This document shows positions 1 to 11,311 of a DNA stretch of 64,000 nt, piece after piece; position 1 is the first letter of the stretch; each line of letters starts with the position of its first letter. Origin of the DNA: an uncultured Candidatus Rokubacteria bacterium (GTDB lineage: Bacteria > Methylomirabilota > Methylomirabilia > Rokubacteriales > CSP1-6); assembly GCA_963789955.1 (NCBI GenBank), contig CAWBMV010000001.1:288001-352000 (forward strand). Reading direction: 5' to 3'. The notes under the pieces are model-generated. The model saw nothing but the letters and a program-made list of their open reading frames with translations, searched no databases and had not been told where the DNA came from. Both the position numbers and the translations under genes were made by a program.

Positions 1-9
1 TCGGACGGT

Positions 10-882
10 CTAGTTGGCTCCCGGGTAGAACGCGTCGCGGCCGCGCTGGTAGGTCCTCTGCTGCTGGGCCGCATTCCGAGAGACCAGCGGGCGCATGTAC
101 ATCGGATGCGTCGCGCTGCGCACCTCGTGCTCGATGGTGAAGAGCACCTTCGAGGTCTCCGGATCGACGATGTCCTTGAACCGGTACTGGACGGGGTTCG
201 ACTCCTCGCTGATGAGCCCGCGGTCCTTCAGCCACCGGTGCGGACCCGAGAAGTTCGTGACGTAGATCGCGATGTGATGGCCGTCGTACGGCACCTCGGG
301 CTCGGTCGTCTCCCGGAAGATCAGGTGCTGCTTGGCGCCCACCTGCACCTTCGCCGAGGTGTTGCCGTTGAACGTGACGCTCGCGGGCGCGCCCATCGCG
401 GTCTGGTAGAACTTCGCGATCCCGACGGCGGTGTTGGGCCGCACGGCGAACTCCACGTATGGAATGCCGAGGGTCATGTCGCCGAACTCGGGGCCCGGGG
501 CGTGAAACCGCATCTTGTTGCCCCACGGGCAGGTGACGCTGACGTACTTGTCGTCGGCGGCGCACATGAACTTCGTCCCGCCCAGCTTCTCGCGCGCGCT
601 CGTGAGCCGCATCTTCAGGCTCTCGAGATCCGGCACGACGAATCCGACGACGCCGCGGAGCACTTCCGGCTTCCCGGTCGGCATGTGGAACTGCTGCTGC
701 CCGGCATTGATCCACATGTTCTCGGTGCCGGTCATGATGTACGGGTCACGCGTGAGCCCGAGGGCCGTCACGTAGAAGTTCGTCGCGACGATCTGGTCCG
801 GGATCTTCACGTTGACGTGCTCGAGCAGCACGATGTTGCCGATGTCCTCTGCGCTTCGATCGAACACCCTGTCGCCTGGCAT
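10..882 (-). CDS. VOC/glyoxalase-like family protein
   Basis: 290 aa ORF with LEHVN and YDGHHIAIY motifs typical of two-domain VOC proteins; GGAGG upstream. Confidence 0.7.
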   Translation of the reverse strand: MPGDRVFDRSAEDIGNIVLLEHVNVKIPDQIVATNFYVTALGLTRDPYIMTGTENMWINAGQQQFHMPTGKPEVLRGVVGFVVPDLESLKMRLTSAREKLGGTKFMCAADDKYVSVTCPWGNKMRFHAPGPEFGDMTLGIPYVEFAVRPNTAVGIAKFYQTAMGAPASVTFNGNTSAKVQVGAKQHLIFRETTEPEVPYDGHHIAIYVTNFSGPHRWLKDRGLISEESNPVQYRFKDIVDPETSKVLFTIEHEVRSATHPMYMRPLVSRNAAQQQRTYQRGRDAFYPGAN

Positions 883-960
883 TGTTGGCCCCCTCCGTCT
901 TGGCCCCCCGTCATGGGACGCTCAGGCGTAGGATATCTCGAATTTCAAGGGGAGGGCGAG

Positions 961-2007
961 ATGGAATTCGGCCTGTTCACGGAGTTCGCGAGCCCGCCGG
1001 GGGTGAGCGAGGCGGCGGCGTTCGACGAATCGCTCGGCCAGATGCAGGCGGCCGAGGACATGGGCTTCGACACCGTCTGGCTCGCCGAGATCCATTTCCA
1101 GAAAGATCGATCGGTACTTGCGTCGCCCCTGGTGATCGCCGCAGCACTCGCCGCCCGCACGCGGCGCGTCAAGATCGGGATCGCCGTTCAGGTCCTCCCG
1201 TTGAGCCACCCACTACGGCTGGCGGAAGACGTCGCGACGGTGGACCACATCTCGAAGGGAAGGCTGGAGTTCGGCGTAGGGCGCAGCGGTTTGCCCGGGC
1301 ACTACCAGGGCTTCAATATCCCGTACAGCGAGAGCCGCGACCGGTTCCTCGAGACGCTCGACATCCTGACGAAGGCCTGGACCCAGGAGCGCTTCTCGCA
1401 CCAGGGGAAGTACTTCCAGTTCCAGGACGTCTGCGTCATGCCGAAGCCGTACCAGAAGCCGCACCCGCCCATCCGCATCGCCGCGACCACTCCCGAGACG
1501 TACCCGCTGGTGGGACGGCTCGGCGCGCCGGTCTTCGTCGCCGTGCGCACGGTCTCGCTGTCGGATCTCAAGCGCCATCTGCCGACGTATCAGGCGGCGT
1601 GGACGGCGTCGGGCCACGCGGGGCGCGGCGACGTCGGTGTGAGCATGCCGCTCTACGTGGCCGAGACCGCGCGCCAGGCGCGCGAGGAGCCCGAGGCGAG
1701 CACGATGGGTTTCTTTCGCTCGATCAGCAAAGCGCTGAAGAAGTCCGACGGCGCGACCGCGCAGACGGCGGAGCGGCGCGAGGAACGGGCGAACCGCTTG
1801 GCGGAGATCACGTACGACGAGGTGCTCGCCGACTACGCGGTCGTGGGAACGCCCGAAGAAGTCACCGAGCGGCTGCTGGAGCTGCGTGAGGACATGGGAT
1901 TTTCGACGCTCTCGCTGTGGATGAATCCCGGCGGACAGATTCCGAATGAGCGCGTGATGAAATCGATGCGGCTCTTCGCCGAGCACGTCGCGCCCCGGCT
2001 CGCCTAG
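961..2007 (+). CDS. LLM-class flavin-dependent oxidoreductase (luciferase-like monooxygenase)
   Basis: MEFGLF start after GGGAGG; GFDTVWLAEIHF, PLRLAEDVATVDHISKGRLEFGVGR and PKPYQKPHPPI motifs. Confidence 0.9.
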   Translation: MEFGLFTEFASPPGVSEAAAFDESLGQMQAAEDMGFDTVWLAEIHFQKDRSVLASPLVIAAALAARTRRVKIGIAVQVLPLSHPLRLAEDVATVDHISKGRLEFGVGRSGLPGHYQGFNIPYSESRDRFLETLDILTKAWTQERFSHQGKYFQFQDVCVMPKPYQKPHPPIRIAATTPETYPLVGRLGAPVFVAVRTVSLSDLKRHLPTYQAAWTASGHAGRGDVGVSMPLYVAETARQAREEPEASTMGFFRSISKALKKSDGATAQTAERREERANRLAEITYDEVLADYAVVGTPEEVTERLLELREDMGFSTLSLWMNPGGQIPNERVMKSMRLFAEHVAPRLA

Positions 2008-2034
2008 GCCGTCGCCGCCGAGCGTCGCGGCCGC

Positions 2035-2964
2035 TCAGTCCCAGAGGCGGGTGGAGAAGTAGCGCTCGCCGATGTCGTTGAAGAGGGTCACGAAGCGGCC
2101 ACGGCCGGTTCGTCGGGCGACTCGCTCGACGCCGGCCATGTAGGCGCCCGACGACTGGCCCACGAAAAATCCGGCCGCCGCGAGCCGCACGCACATTCGA
2201 TACGCTTCGTCGACGGTGACGGGCACGCGCTCGTCGATCAGCTTCTCGTCGAGGATCGCCGGCACGATGTCCTCGGCGCGTCCGAGCGGCTTGAGCCCTT
2301 CGACTCCGGGAAAGGCTTCGGGGATCACGCAGATCAGCCGGATCGCCGGATCGTGCTCCTTGAGACGCCGTCCGAGGCCGGTGAGCGTGCCGCCGGTGCC
2401 GACGCCGACGACGACGTGGGTCACGCGACCGCCGGTCTGCTGCAGGATCTCGACCGCCGTCGTCTCGTAATGCGCGCGCCAGTTGTCCTGGTTGCTGTAC
2501 TGATCGCAGAAGAAGTAGTAGTCGGGATCGGCCTCGAAGCGGCGGCGCACTTCCCGGAGCGCCTCGTCGTAGCCGAGCAGCGCGTCCGTGAAGGTGAGCC
2601 GCGCGCCATGCGCGAGCATCCGCTTCTTGCGCTCGGCGCTCGCGTTGTTGGGGATCACGATCTCGACGGGCACGCCGATGATCCGGCCGATCATCGCGTA
2701 GGCGATGCCGGCGTTGCCCGACGAGCTGTCGAGCACGGTCTTGCCCGGCTTGAGGTGCCCGTCGTCGAGCGCGCCGAGCAGCATGCGCAGCACGGGCCGG
2801 TCCTTGAGCGAGCCGCCCGGGTTCAGCGACTCCAGCTTCGCGAACACGTCGACGTCCGGCAGGTCGCGGCGCAGGACGTCCACCGGAACCAGCGGCGTGT
2901 TGCCCACCGCCCGCAGCACGGGGTAGCGATCGACCAGCGCCTGGATGCGAGGATCCCAGGGCAT
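2035..2964 (-). CDS. PLP-dependent cysteine synthase family protein
   Basis: GNTPLV, KLESLNPGGSLKDR (PLP lysine), SSSGNAG, GVGTGGT, DIGERYFST; start ATG 2964 probable. Confidence 0.9.
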   Translation of the reverse strand: MPWDPRIQALVDRYPVLRAVGNTPLVPVDVLRRDLPDVDVFAKLESLNPGGSLKDRPVLRMLLGALDDGHLKPGKTVLDSSSGNAGIAYAMIGRIIGVPVEIVIPNNASAERKKRMLAHGARLTFTDALLGYDEALREVRRRFEADPDYYFFCDQYSNQDNWRAHYETTAVEILQQTGGRVTHVVVGVGTGGTLTGLGRRLKEHDPAIRLICVIPEAFPGVEGLKPLGRAEDIVPAILDEKLIDERVPVTVDEAYRMCVRLAAAGFFVGQSSGAYMAGVERVARRTGRGRFVTLFNDIGERYFSTRLWD

Positions 2965-3131
2965 GGCGCCTAGCCGATCCGGCGGGAAGAAGTCATGGGA
3001 GGCCATTCTAACGTCACTGGCAAGTTTGGCGCTGAAGCGCGGCGGGTTGTCCACGCCGATGCCCATGCGACCAAGGTCGGATTGCCGAGCGCGGCGACCG
3101 GTGGGATCGTGATCGCCGCACCGTGATCCCG

Positions 3132-3530
3132 ATGCCTCGCGCGCTTCGACTCGTCGTGCTGACGCTCTCGGCCGCAGCTCTGGCCGCCTGCGCGACCGTT
3201 GACGTGCAGTCCACGGAGTATATCGGCGCGCCACGCTACCAGCCGACCGACCCGAAGAGTGTCCAGATCCTACGGGCCGAGCCGAAGGCCCCGCACGATC
3301 GCCTCGGCGAGGTCATGGTGGACGCGAGCACCGATCCGCCGCCGCCCGTCACCGAGATCGAGCAGAAGCTCGCTCAGGCGGCGGCCAAGATGGGTGCCAA
3401 CGCGGTGGTCGTCGTGCTCGACCGGGTCCAGCCGGTCGCCGCCTACGTCACCGGACCGTACTGGGGCCGGAGCATCGAATCGGTCTCGGGACGCAAGGTC
3501 ATCGGCGTCGCGATCCGCTTCCGGCAGTAA
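3132..3530 (+). CDS. Lipoprotein of unknown function
   Basis: Lipobox LAAC; 'AAKMGANAVV' resembles YbjQ/RcsF-like small lipoproteins. Confidence 0.65.
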   Translation: MPRALRLVVLTLSAAALAACATVDVQSTEYIGAPRYQPTDPKSVQILRAEPKAPHDRLGEVMVDASTDPPPPVTEIEQKLAQAAAKMGANAVVVVLDRVQPVAAYVTGPYWGRSIESVSGRKVIGVAIRFRQ

Positions 3531-3619
3531 GAGCGATTTCGACTGGCCCGCCGTGCCGCCGTGATGCGCGGCGCCCAGGGTCGGTGGGCGCCGCGCGATT
3601 CCGTTGACCGATTCCGGTT

Positions 3620-4013
3620 CTACTCCTTGGCGTACTTGAATTCGGGGGCGGCCTTCAAGGCGTCCTTGGTCGCGCCTTTCAGGACGATCTTGCCCATCTG
3701 CTGCTTGCAACTTCGACACCGGGACGGCGACGTCGCGCTCGCCCACGCCGAGGAACCCGCCGACGCCGACGATCGCGTACGACACCGACTTGTTGGGCGC
3801 CACGATCAGATCGCTGATCTCGCCGATCTTGTCGCCGGTGTCGTTGTAGACGTCCTTTCCGAGAATCTGCTTCTTCGCGCTCCAGCCCTTCGCGACTTCT
3901 TTTACCTCCGATACCGAGACGCTGACCACGCTCGAGCCGGCAGTCTGCGCCACCGAGTCGGCCGCCGCGGCTGCGACGACGAGGCTCATGAGCACCACGA
4001 CTACTGTTTTCAC
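3620..4013 (-). CDS. PRC-barrel domain secreted protein (frameshift near 3700)
   Basis: Signal peptide; ILGKDVYNDTGDKIGEISDL...GVGGFLGVGERDVAVP; continues in another frame as GKIVLKGATKDALKAAPEFKYAKE*. Confidence 0.85.
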
Positions 4014-4181
4014 CGCGTTCCTCCTGTCAGATGGTATTCGATCGGGTGTTCGGGCCAACACGCGGGCCCCCGGTACGAAGGACTACGCTTCTCTGGGTGA
4101 GGTGGGAACTGGACCTTAGTCCAATCGTCGACACGCTTTGCGGGTGATGACGACTTCGCGATCGGAGTAGGCTGAAGCATC

Positions 4182-4874
4182 GTGGCAAGACGCGGGCGCG
4201 CGCCGATCGTCGCCGTCGTGGCCGGACTCCTGTTCGGCTGCACGCCGCTCTACATCTGGGACATCAACACCACGTCCACGGCCAGGCCTCCGTCGTTCGA
4301 CGTCGGCGAGCTCTCGCGCGAGCCGGTGGCAACCCCTGGTCTCGTCGCCCCCGCCGCGCTCCAGGGATTGAGCACGGCGCTGTCTCACGCGCTCGTCGCC
4401 GCGCTCGCCAACGCGTCTCCGCCCATCCGCTCGATTCCGGCCCGCGAGATCGCGAACGCACTCAACGATCAGGGGCTCGCGACCGCGTACGCCGAGCTGC
4501 TGGAGGGCTTCGCCCGCACCGGCATCATGGATCGTGAGCGGCTGCAGCGAATCGGATCGGCGCTGGGCTTCCGCTATCTGCTGCTTCCGGGGCTGGCGCA
4601 GCTCGATCACGTCATCCTGGACAGGTTCGAGATCGCCGGCATCAAGGTGATCAGGACTCGCGTGACGGTTCTGCGCGTGTGGCTGCAGCTGTGGGACACG
4701 CGGACGGGCCACATTCTCTGGGAGTCGGCCGGGGAGGTCGCCACCGCGAGCGAGGTGTTGAGACACGACCGGGTCGTCCCGATCGACGAGACCGCCGAAA
4801 AGTTGTGGCGCCGCATGATCCAGCACGACTTGCTCGAGGGCGGGACCGGGTCACGGTCCATCTTCGACCTCTGA
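4182..4874 (+). CDS. Lipoprotein of unknown function
   Basis: LLFGC lipobox; 'LQLWDTRTGHILWE' resembles CsgG/LpoB-like folds. Confidence 0.6.
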   Translation: MARRGRAPIVAVVAGLLFGCTPLYIWDINTTSTARPPSFDVGELSREPVATPGLVAPAALQGLSTALSHALVAALANASPPIRSIPAREIANALNDQGLATAYAELLEGFARTGIMDRERLQRIGSALGFRYLLLPGLAQLDHVILDRFEIAGIKVIRTRVTVLRVWLQLWDTRTGHILWESAGEVATASEVLRHDRVVPIDETAEKLWRRMIQHDLLEGGTGSRSIFDL

Positions 4875-4905
4875 ACGCCTGTCGTGATCGAAAGGGAGCC
4901 AAGTG

Positions 4906-6613
4906 ATGCGGAAAGCCGTGTGCTGTCGGGTCCTTGGCTTCGCCGTCATCGTGGCGACGCTCGTCGTCGCATCGCCGGCGGCGCCGGCTGACCACGACGG
5001 GCGCCAAGTCCGCGCCCGTCGCGACAGCGCCGCCGCCAGTCGACGAGCTCGGACGCGGCACCCCTCAAAGCGCGCTGCGCGGCTTTCTCGACGCCGCAGC
5101 CCTTCACAACTATCGTCGCGCCGCGAGCTATCTCGACTTGCGGCGCATCCCCGCTGCCGACGTCGCGGCACGCGGACCCGAGCTGGCGCGTCAGCTCCGG
5201 GTCGTGCTCGACAACACGCGGTTCGATCTCGGGGCGATCTCGGACGAGCCGGAGGGACGCCCGGAGACCGGCTTGGCATCGAACCGCGAGCTCATCGGGC
5301 GGGTCGAGACCGACAAAGGAACGTTCTCGCTCCTCATGGAGCGGGTGCCCCGCGACGACGGCGTCCCGATCTGGCAGTTCTCGAACGTCACCGTCTCGCG
5401 GATCCCCGATCTCTACAAGAACCTGACCTACGGCATCGTCGGCGAGCGGCTGCCGCCGTTCCTCGTCGAGACGCGAGTGCTCCGGCTCGCGCTGTGGCAG
5501 TGGATCGGGCTCCTGATCCTGCTCGGAGTGTCCGCGCTCGTCGCGTGTCTCGTCGTTCGCCCCGGGCTGCCGCTGACGCGTCGGGTGGCGATCCGCGCGG
5601 GCTTCGACGTCACCGATCCCGCCTTCGGCCGAGCGCTCTCGCCCCTGCGCGGGCTGGTCGGGCTCGTCGCGTTCAAGATCGGCGAATCCAGCCTCGCGCT
5701 GCCGGTGGCCGTCCAGCCCATCGTGGTCGGCATCCAGAAGTTCGTGCTCGTCATCATCATGAGCTGGCTCGCCCTGCGTCTCATCGAGGTATCGAGCCAG
5801 CTCGTCCGGCGGCGACTGCTCCGGCGCCAGGAGCCCCCGAGCCAGCCGGTCATCGACTTCATCCAGCGCGGGCTCAAGATCGTGGTGACGGTCATGGCGG
5901 CCCTGATGCTCCTCGAAGCGGTGGGCGTCCAGGTCAGCGCGCTGATCGCGGCGATCGGTGTCGGCGGCATCGGGATCGCGCTGGCCGCCCAGCGCACCGT
6001 GGAGAATCTCTTCGGAGGGCTCGCGGTGGTCGGCGACCAGCCTGTCCAGGTGGGTGACTTCTGCCGCTTCGGCGACCAGCAGGGGACCGTCGAGCGGATC
6101 GGCCTGTGGTCCACGCGCGTACGTACGCCCGAACGCTCGGTGATCACGATCCCCAACGCCAAGTTCCTCGACCTGCAGGTAGAGAACCTTCAGGAGCGGG
6201 ATCGCATCCTGTTCAACACGACCCTGCGCTTGCGTTACGAGACGTCACCGGACCAGCTTCGCTGGGTCCTCGTCCGCGTCCGGGCCTTGCTCGACGCGCA
6301 TCCTCGGGTCGACCCCGACACCTCGCGCGTGCGATTCAGCGGCTTCGGCGTGAGCTCGCTCGACGTCGAGCTCTTCGTCTACGTTCGCACCCGGGAGCTG
6401 AGCGAGTTTCTGGCGGTCCGCGAGCATCTCTGTCTGCACGTGATGGATGTCGTCTCGAGCGCCGGGACGGCATTCGCCACGCCGGCGCAGACCAACTACA
6501 ACGGCGCCCTCGGTCTCGACGCGGAGCGGGCCGGCGCCGCGGCCGCCGAGGTGCAGCGCTGGCGTACCGAGGGCAAGCTTCCCCTGCCGGAATTCCCGCT
6601 CAAGACGCGGTGA
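4906..6613 (+). CDS. MscS-family mechanosensitive channel with periplasmic N-terminal domain (frameshift near 4990)
   Basis: GVGGIGIALAAQRTVENLFGG, DQPVQVGDFCRFG, GTVERIGLWSTRVRT, ITIPN. Confidence 0.9.
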
Positions 6614-6879
6614 GGGCGAGCACGACCGCCGCTGGTCGTCGGGCGCCGGGCGACCTCGACGCAGCTTCTCATCGGTCAAGAGCCCGAGCAGGTACCGGTC
6701 CTGGCGGCCGAGCCGGCCCGGCGCCGCGGTGCGCGCGACGAGGCTCGGATGACGCCGCGTGCAACTCGCGCACGCGCGTCATGAGCATCGGCAACCGACC
6801 CTCCACGGTCGGCGGAAGAACCGCCGAAGCAGCGTCGAGCGCGCTTCGTCTGTTTCTTCGGCGGCCTGCTCCGCGCGGC

Positions 6880-7506
6880 CTATTTCTTCGCGGGTTTGTC
6901 GAGCGACACGGCGAGTGCCTGCATGTAAGTGATTTCGACCAGATCTCCGACCTTGACGAGGTCGAGGTTCTTCGGGTCCTTCGCCTTGACGGTCTCCGTG
7001 TTGCCGTCGGGACCCTTGATCGTGACGGTGTGGGCCTTCTTGTCGATCGCGGTGATCGTGGCGGTCACGGTGACTTCCTGGCCGATGGCGCCGGCCGGCG
7101 TCTCGCCGGGCTTCGAGCTCACGCGGCTCTCCTGAACCGCGGTGCCCGGCGTCGCGGTGCCCGGCTTCTTGATCTGGAACGCGACCGCCTCCATGTAGGT
7201 GGCCACGACGGGATCGCCGACCTTGATCACCTCGAACTTCTGGGGATCCTTCACCTCGAGGGTGATGGTGCGGCCTTTGGGCCCTTTGAGCGTGACGGTG
7301 CTCTTTTCCTTGTCGATGGCGGCGATGGTTCCCTTGACGGTCACGGCCCGCCCCTGGGAGCGCCCAAGCGGTTTGTCGGTGGCCGCCGGCGCCTTCTCGG
7401 TCCCCGACGTCTGGGCGAGTCTCAGCGCGTCAGCGTCGACCGCGGGCGACTGAGCGCACATCAGAATGCCGGCGATTGCAGTGAATGTCGTCACCTTCAG
7501 GCTCAT
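6880..7506 (-). CDS. Secreted protein with tandem OB-fold-like repeats
   Basis: Signal peptide; two copies of I.AIDK...TVT.KGP.G......KDP......KVGD.V..TYM.A.A; paralogue of 21029-21613. Confidence 0.75.
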   Translation of the reverse strand: MSLKVTTFTAIAGILMCAQSPAVDADALRLAQTSGTEKAPAATDKPLGRSQGRAVTVKGTIAAIDKEKSTVTLKGPKGRTITLEVKDPQKFEVIKVGDPVVATYMEAVAFQIKKPGTATPGTAVQESRVSSKPGETPAGAIGQEVTVTATITAIDKKAHTVTIKGPDGNTETVKAKDPKNLDLVKVGDLVEITYMQALAVSLDKPAKK

Positions 7507-7613
7507 GTGAGGCCCTCCTGGTGCTCAGGGTATGACGAGTGGACGAATCGGCCATGAGACCTAGGTCCAGTGTCCGGCGGCAGTCAGCGACGAGAAGGGA
7601 CGGGGGAGCGGGC

Positions 7614-8036
7614 TCAGGCCCGCGGGTGATCTTCGGTGCCGGCCGGCGCGCCGACACGGCCCATCACATTCGCGATCGCCTCGAGCAACAGCTCGTCGTG
7701 GAGTGGCTTGCAGAGATACGCGCCGGCCCCGGCGCCCAGGCACCTGGCCCGTGCCTCCGGCTCGTCGTGGGCGGTGATGATGATCGTCGGGAACTGCACC
7801 CCGGCCGCCGTGAGCGCTCGCTGAATCTCGAGCCCGGTCAGGCCGGGCATCTGAAGGTCGAGGATCAGGCAGTCAGGGTGGCGCCCTCTCAGGGCATCGA
7901 GGAACTCCTGTCCGGAGGCGTAGGCCACGGCGTCGAGGTCGGCTGCCATCAACAGGCGCCGAAGGGACTTTCGGATCGATTCCTCATCGTCGACGATGGC
8001 AACGAGCGGTCGGGTGAGGCTCAGGTGGCTGATCAT
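7614..8036 (-). CDS. Single-domain response regulator receiver
   Basis: VAIVDDE, CLILDLQMPG, IIITAHD, YLCKP. Confidence 0.85.
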   Translation of the reverse strand: MISHLSLTRPLVAIVDDEESIRKSLRRLLMAADLDAVAYASGQEFLDALRGRHPDCLILDLQMPGLTGLEIQRALTAAGVQFPTIIITAHDEPEARARCLGAGAGAYLCKPLHDELLLEAIANVMGRVGAPAGTEDHPRA

Positions 8037-8196
8037 GAGACCCTGCAAACGATAGTAGCAAACGTGTACCCTAGTCCACGCGCTGGACCAAAGTCGGATT
8101 GCCCTGGGGCTCAGGACCCCATACCTTTGAGCGGCTGAGCTGACCCCGGGTAAAGGGTCCGCAAGGCCGATACCAACGAGGTGGCGAGCGGAGCCC

Positions 8197-8892
8197 ATGT
8201 CGATGTCGATCACCCCGAATCCACCGTCGAGTCGCGAAGCGTCGACGGCTCCCGCGGGGCCGCAAGGCGAGCCACTCGAACAGCCGATCGTCTTCGTGAT
8301 CGACGACGACGACTCGGTGCGGCGCTCGCTCGAGCGCCTGCTCCGGTCGGTCGATCTCGAAGTCGAGACCTTCGCTTCGGCTCAAGACTTTCTCCGCAAG
8401 CCGATGCCGGATCGGCCGGCGTGTGTCGTGCTCGACCTGCGGCTACCGGGTCCGAGCGGCCTCGAGCTCCAGGAAAGCCTGATCCGGTCCGGCCATGACG
8501 TCCCGATCGTCTTCATCAGCGGTCACGCCGACGTGCCCTCGAGCGTGCGCGCCATCAAGGCGGGCGCGATCGATTTCCTCCAGAAGCCGTTCGGCGACCA
8601 GGCCCTGCTCGACATCATCCACGGCGCGCTGCAGCGCGATCGCGAGGCACGGCGAGATCGGGCGGAGGTCGCCACCATCCGCGGGCGGTTCGACACGCTC
8701 ACGCCTCGAGAGCGCGACGTGCTCCGGCTCGTCATTCAGGGGCGACTCAACAAGCAGATCGCGGGCGATCTCGGCATCAGCGAGAAGACGGTGAAGTTCC
8801 ACCGCGGCCGCGTGATGGAGAAGACGCAAGCCGGATCGGTCGCCGAGCTGGTCCGCCAGGCCGACCGGCTGGGGCTTCGTCCCGGCGAGTGA
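8197..8892 (+). CDS. FixJ/NodW/TodT-like response regulator (REC + LuxR HTH)
   Basis: VIDDDDSVR, LDLRLPG, DFLQKPF, LTPRERDVL, NKQIAGDLGISEKTVKFHRGRVMEK. Confidence 0.92.
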   Translation: MSMSITPNPPSSREASTAPAGPQGEPLEQPIVFVIDDDDSVRRSLERLLRSVDLEVETFASAQDFLRKPMPDRPACVVLDLRLPGPSGLELQESLIRSGHDVPIVFISGHADVPSSVRAIKAGAIDFLQKPFGDQALLDIIHGALQRDREARRDRAEVATIRGRFDTLTPRERDVLRLVIQGRLNKQIAGDLGISEKTVKFHRGRVMEKTQAGSVAELVRQADRLGLRPGE

Positions 8893-8922
8893 CCGCGGGA
8901 TCCGCCGGCCCAGTCGACGCGG

Positions 8923-11304
8923 TCAGCTCACCAGGCTGAGGCTGTCGTTCCTCGGCAGGAGCAGCCGAAAGGCCGATCCGCGATCCCCGTTGTTGCCGGC
9001 CCGGAGCTGACCGCCGTGCGCGGTGGCGATCGACCGGCAGATGGTGAGCCCGAGCCCCAGGCCCTGCTGCTTGGTGGTGACGAACGGCTCGAAGAGCTGA
9101 TCGAGGATGTCGGGCCGGATGCCGCTGCCGTTGTCGAGCACCGCGATCCCGACCGTCTCGTGATCGACGACGCTCGTCTCGATCACGAGCGCGCGATCGT
9201 TCGGCTCGTTGCCGATCATCGCCTCGCACCCGTTGACGATCAGGTTCAACAGCACCTGCTGCACCTGGACGCTGTCCCCCCGCACCTGCGGTAGATCGGG
9301 AGCGAGCTTCGTCGTCACCTGCACGTGCCGGGTGAGGATGTCGCTCCGGGCGAAATCGAGCACGTCGCGCGTGATCTCGTTGAGGTCGAGCAGTTGCCGG
9401 TTCGACTCTCCGCGCTTGAACATCGCGCGCAGGCGCCGGATGACCTCGCCGGCGCGCCGGTCTGCGCTCGCGATGTCTGCCAGGATCTCGTCGATCTCGT
9501 GCAGGTCGACGGGCTCCCGCGCGAGCAGGCGCCGAGCGGCCTGGGCGTTGCTCAGAATCGCGGTCAGCGGCTGGCTCAGCTCGTGGGCCAGCGCGCCGGA
9601 GAGCTCGCCGAGGACCGCGACGCGGCCCAGATGCGTCAGGAGCTGGCGCTGCTCCTGCGCCTCACGCTGGGCGCGCTGGCGCTCGGTGATGTCCCGGATC
9701 GTCGTGATGAAGCACGCGTGACCGCTCATCTCGACGGTCTCGGTCGCGATGATCGCCTCGCGCAGCTCGCCCGTCAGCGTGAGGAACTGGGCCTCGACGT
9801 CGCGCACGGGGCCCGGCGCCTCGACCAGACGTCGCAAGATGGCCTGGTCGTGAAGGCCGGCGGCGAGCGGTAGCTCGGTCATCGTGCGCCCGACCACGGC
9901 CGCCCGGGCGTAGCCGAAGAGCGTCTCCCAGCGATCGTTGACGTCGATGATCTGGCCGCCCTTCTGGCGGCTGATGAGCATCGCGTCCGGGCTCGAGCGG
10001 AAGGCGCGCGCGAAGAGCTCCTCGGACGCGCGCACGGCTTCGTCGGCCCGCTTGCGGTCGGTGATGTCGACGTTGACGCCGAGAAGCCGCACCGGATGGA
10101 CGTGCTCGTCGCGCAGGACCTCGCCCTTGCCCATCACCCAGCGGACATTGCCGTCGGTATGCACCACGCGGAACTCGACGTCCCAGGGCGCGGCCTTCTC
10201 GATCGCGGCGGAAATGGCCTCGGCGACCACCAGCTGATCGTCGGGATGCACCGCGCGGAGCATGGCGCCGAACGGCGCGGGGCTCGACTCGCGCGGCCAG
10301 TTCCTGTCGCCCGGCGGCAGGGTCCAGTCCCAGATCGTCATGCGCGCGGCGTTGAGCGCCAGCTTCAAGCTTTCGGCGCTGAAGACGGCCGCGCGCTCGG
10401 CCCGACTGCGCTCCTCGATGACCGCGCTGAGCAACAGAAGCGGAATCGAGGCGAGGATGAGACACAGCTGGATCGACAGCGCGCTGTCGCTCGGCGAGCT
10501 CGCGACGAAGGGGCCGACCAGGTTGATCGCGCCGCGGGTCTCCAGCAACGCGACGACGAGCGTCGCGGTGCTGGTGCCGATCGACCCCAGGCGCACGGTG
10601 GCCCAGACCAGGAAGGGCAGGGGCGCGTAGAGCAACGCGTGGATGCCACCCAGTCCGGAGTCGCGCCACACGAAGACCGCGACGCTGACGCCGAGGAGGC
10701 TGACGATCAGGCCGATGACTTCGGCCAGGGAGCGCCCGGACACTTTCCGGAGGTTACGCACGTCGACCTGCGACCACGCGATGATCGCGGGAACCACGGT
10801 CAGCTCCGCCAGCACGTTCGAGAAGAAGCGCGATCGCCAGAGCTGCCAGAAGGGACCCTGGCCCCAGCCCCCGACGATTTCCACGAAGCCGACGTCGAGA
10901 AAACTCGACACGAACACGCCGACGATTGAGCCGAAGACGAACACTCCGACGTGGCGGGAATCGTCGAATCGCAGCGTGTTCCCCGCGAGGTGGCGAATGC
11001 ACGTCGCCCCGACCAGCGCCTGCGAGCAATTGCTGATGAACCAGAGCAGGATCATCGTCACGGGGATGTGGTTCGCGAGCTGGATGGCGAGATGCGCGGG
11101 GAACGCCGCCAGGAGCAGCATCGCCCAGGACCGCGTCGGGGCCAGCAGCAGGGCAGCCAGCAAGATCGAGTTGGGCGGCCAGAGCGTCGATATGGGAGGG
11201 TCGATCGTGAACGCGAAGCCGACCAGCGCGCCGACGAAGTACCCGACGCACACGAGCGCCGCTGCCGGCAACATCGACGCTCGGTCCGTCGAGTTTCTGC
11301 TCAT
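8923..11304 (-). CDS. MASE1-PAS-PAS sensor histidine kinase
   Basis: N-terminal multi-TM region with LWPPNSI (MASE1); PAS/PAC; H-box AHELSQPL; QQVLLNL; GLGLGL. Confidence 0.92.
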   Translation of the reverse strand: MSRNSTDRASMLPAAALVCVGYFVGALVGFAFTIDPPISTLWPPNSILLAALLLAPTRSWAMLLLAAFPAHLAIQLANHIPVTMILLWFISNCSQALVGATCIRHLAGNTLRFDDSRHVGVFVFGSIVGVFVSSFLDVGFVEIVGGWGQGPFWQLWRSRFFSNVLAELTVVPAIIAWSQVDVRNLRKVSGRSLAEVIGLIVSLLGVSVAVFVWRDSGLGGIHALLYAPLPFLVWATVRLGSIGTSTATLVVALLETRGAINLVGPFVASSPSDSALSIQLCLILASIPLLLLSAVIEERSRAERAAVFSAESLKLALNAARMTIWDWTLPPGDRNWPRESSPAPFGAMLRAVHPDDQLVVAEAISAAIEKAAPWDVEFRVVHTDGNVRWVMGKGEVLRDEHVHPVRLLGVNVDITDRKRADEAVRASEELFARAFRSSPDAMLISRQKGGQIIDVNDRWETLFGYARAAVVGRTMTELPLAAGLHDQAILRRLVEAPGPVRDVEAQFLTLTGELREAIIATETVEMSGHACFITTIRDITERQRAQREAQEQRQLLTHLGRVAVLGELSGALAHELSQPLTAILSNAQAARRLLAREPVDLHEIDEILADIASADRRAGEVIRRLRAMFKRGESNRQLLDLNEITRDVLDFARSDILTRHVQVTTKLAPDLPQVRGDSVQVQQVLLNLIVNGCEAMIGNEPNDRALVIETSVVDHETVGIAVLDNGSGIRPDILDQLFEPFVTTKQQGLGLGLTICRSIATAHGGQLRAGNNGDRGSAFRLLLPRNDSLSLVS

Positions 11305-11311
11305 TCCGCTC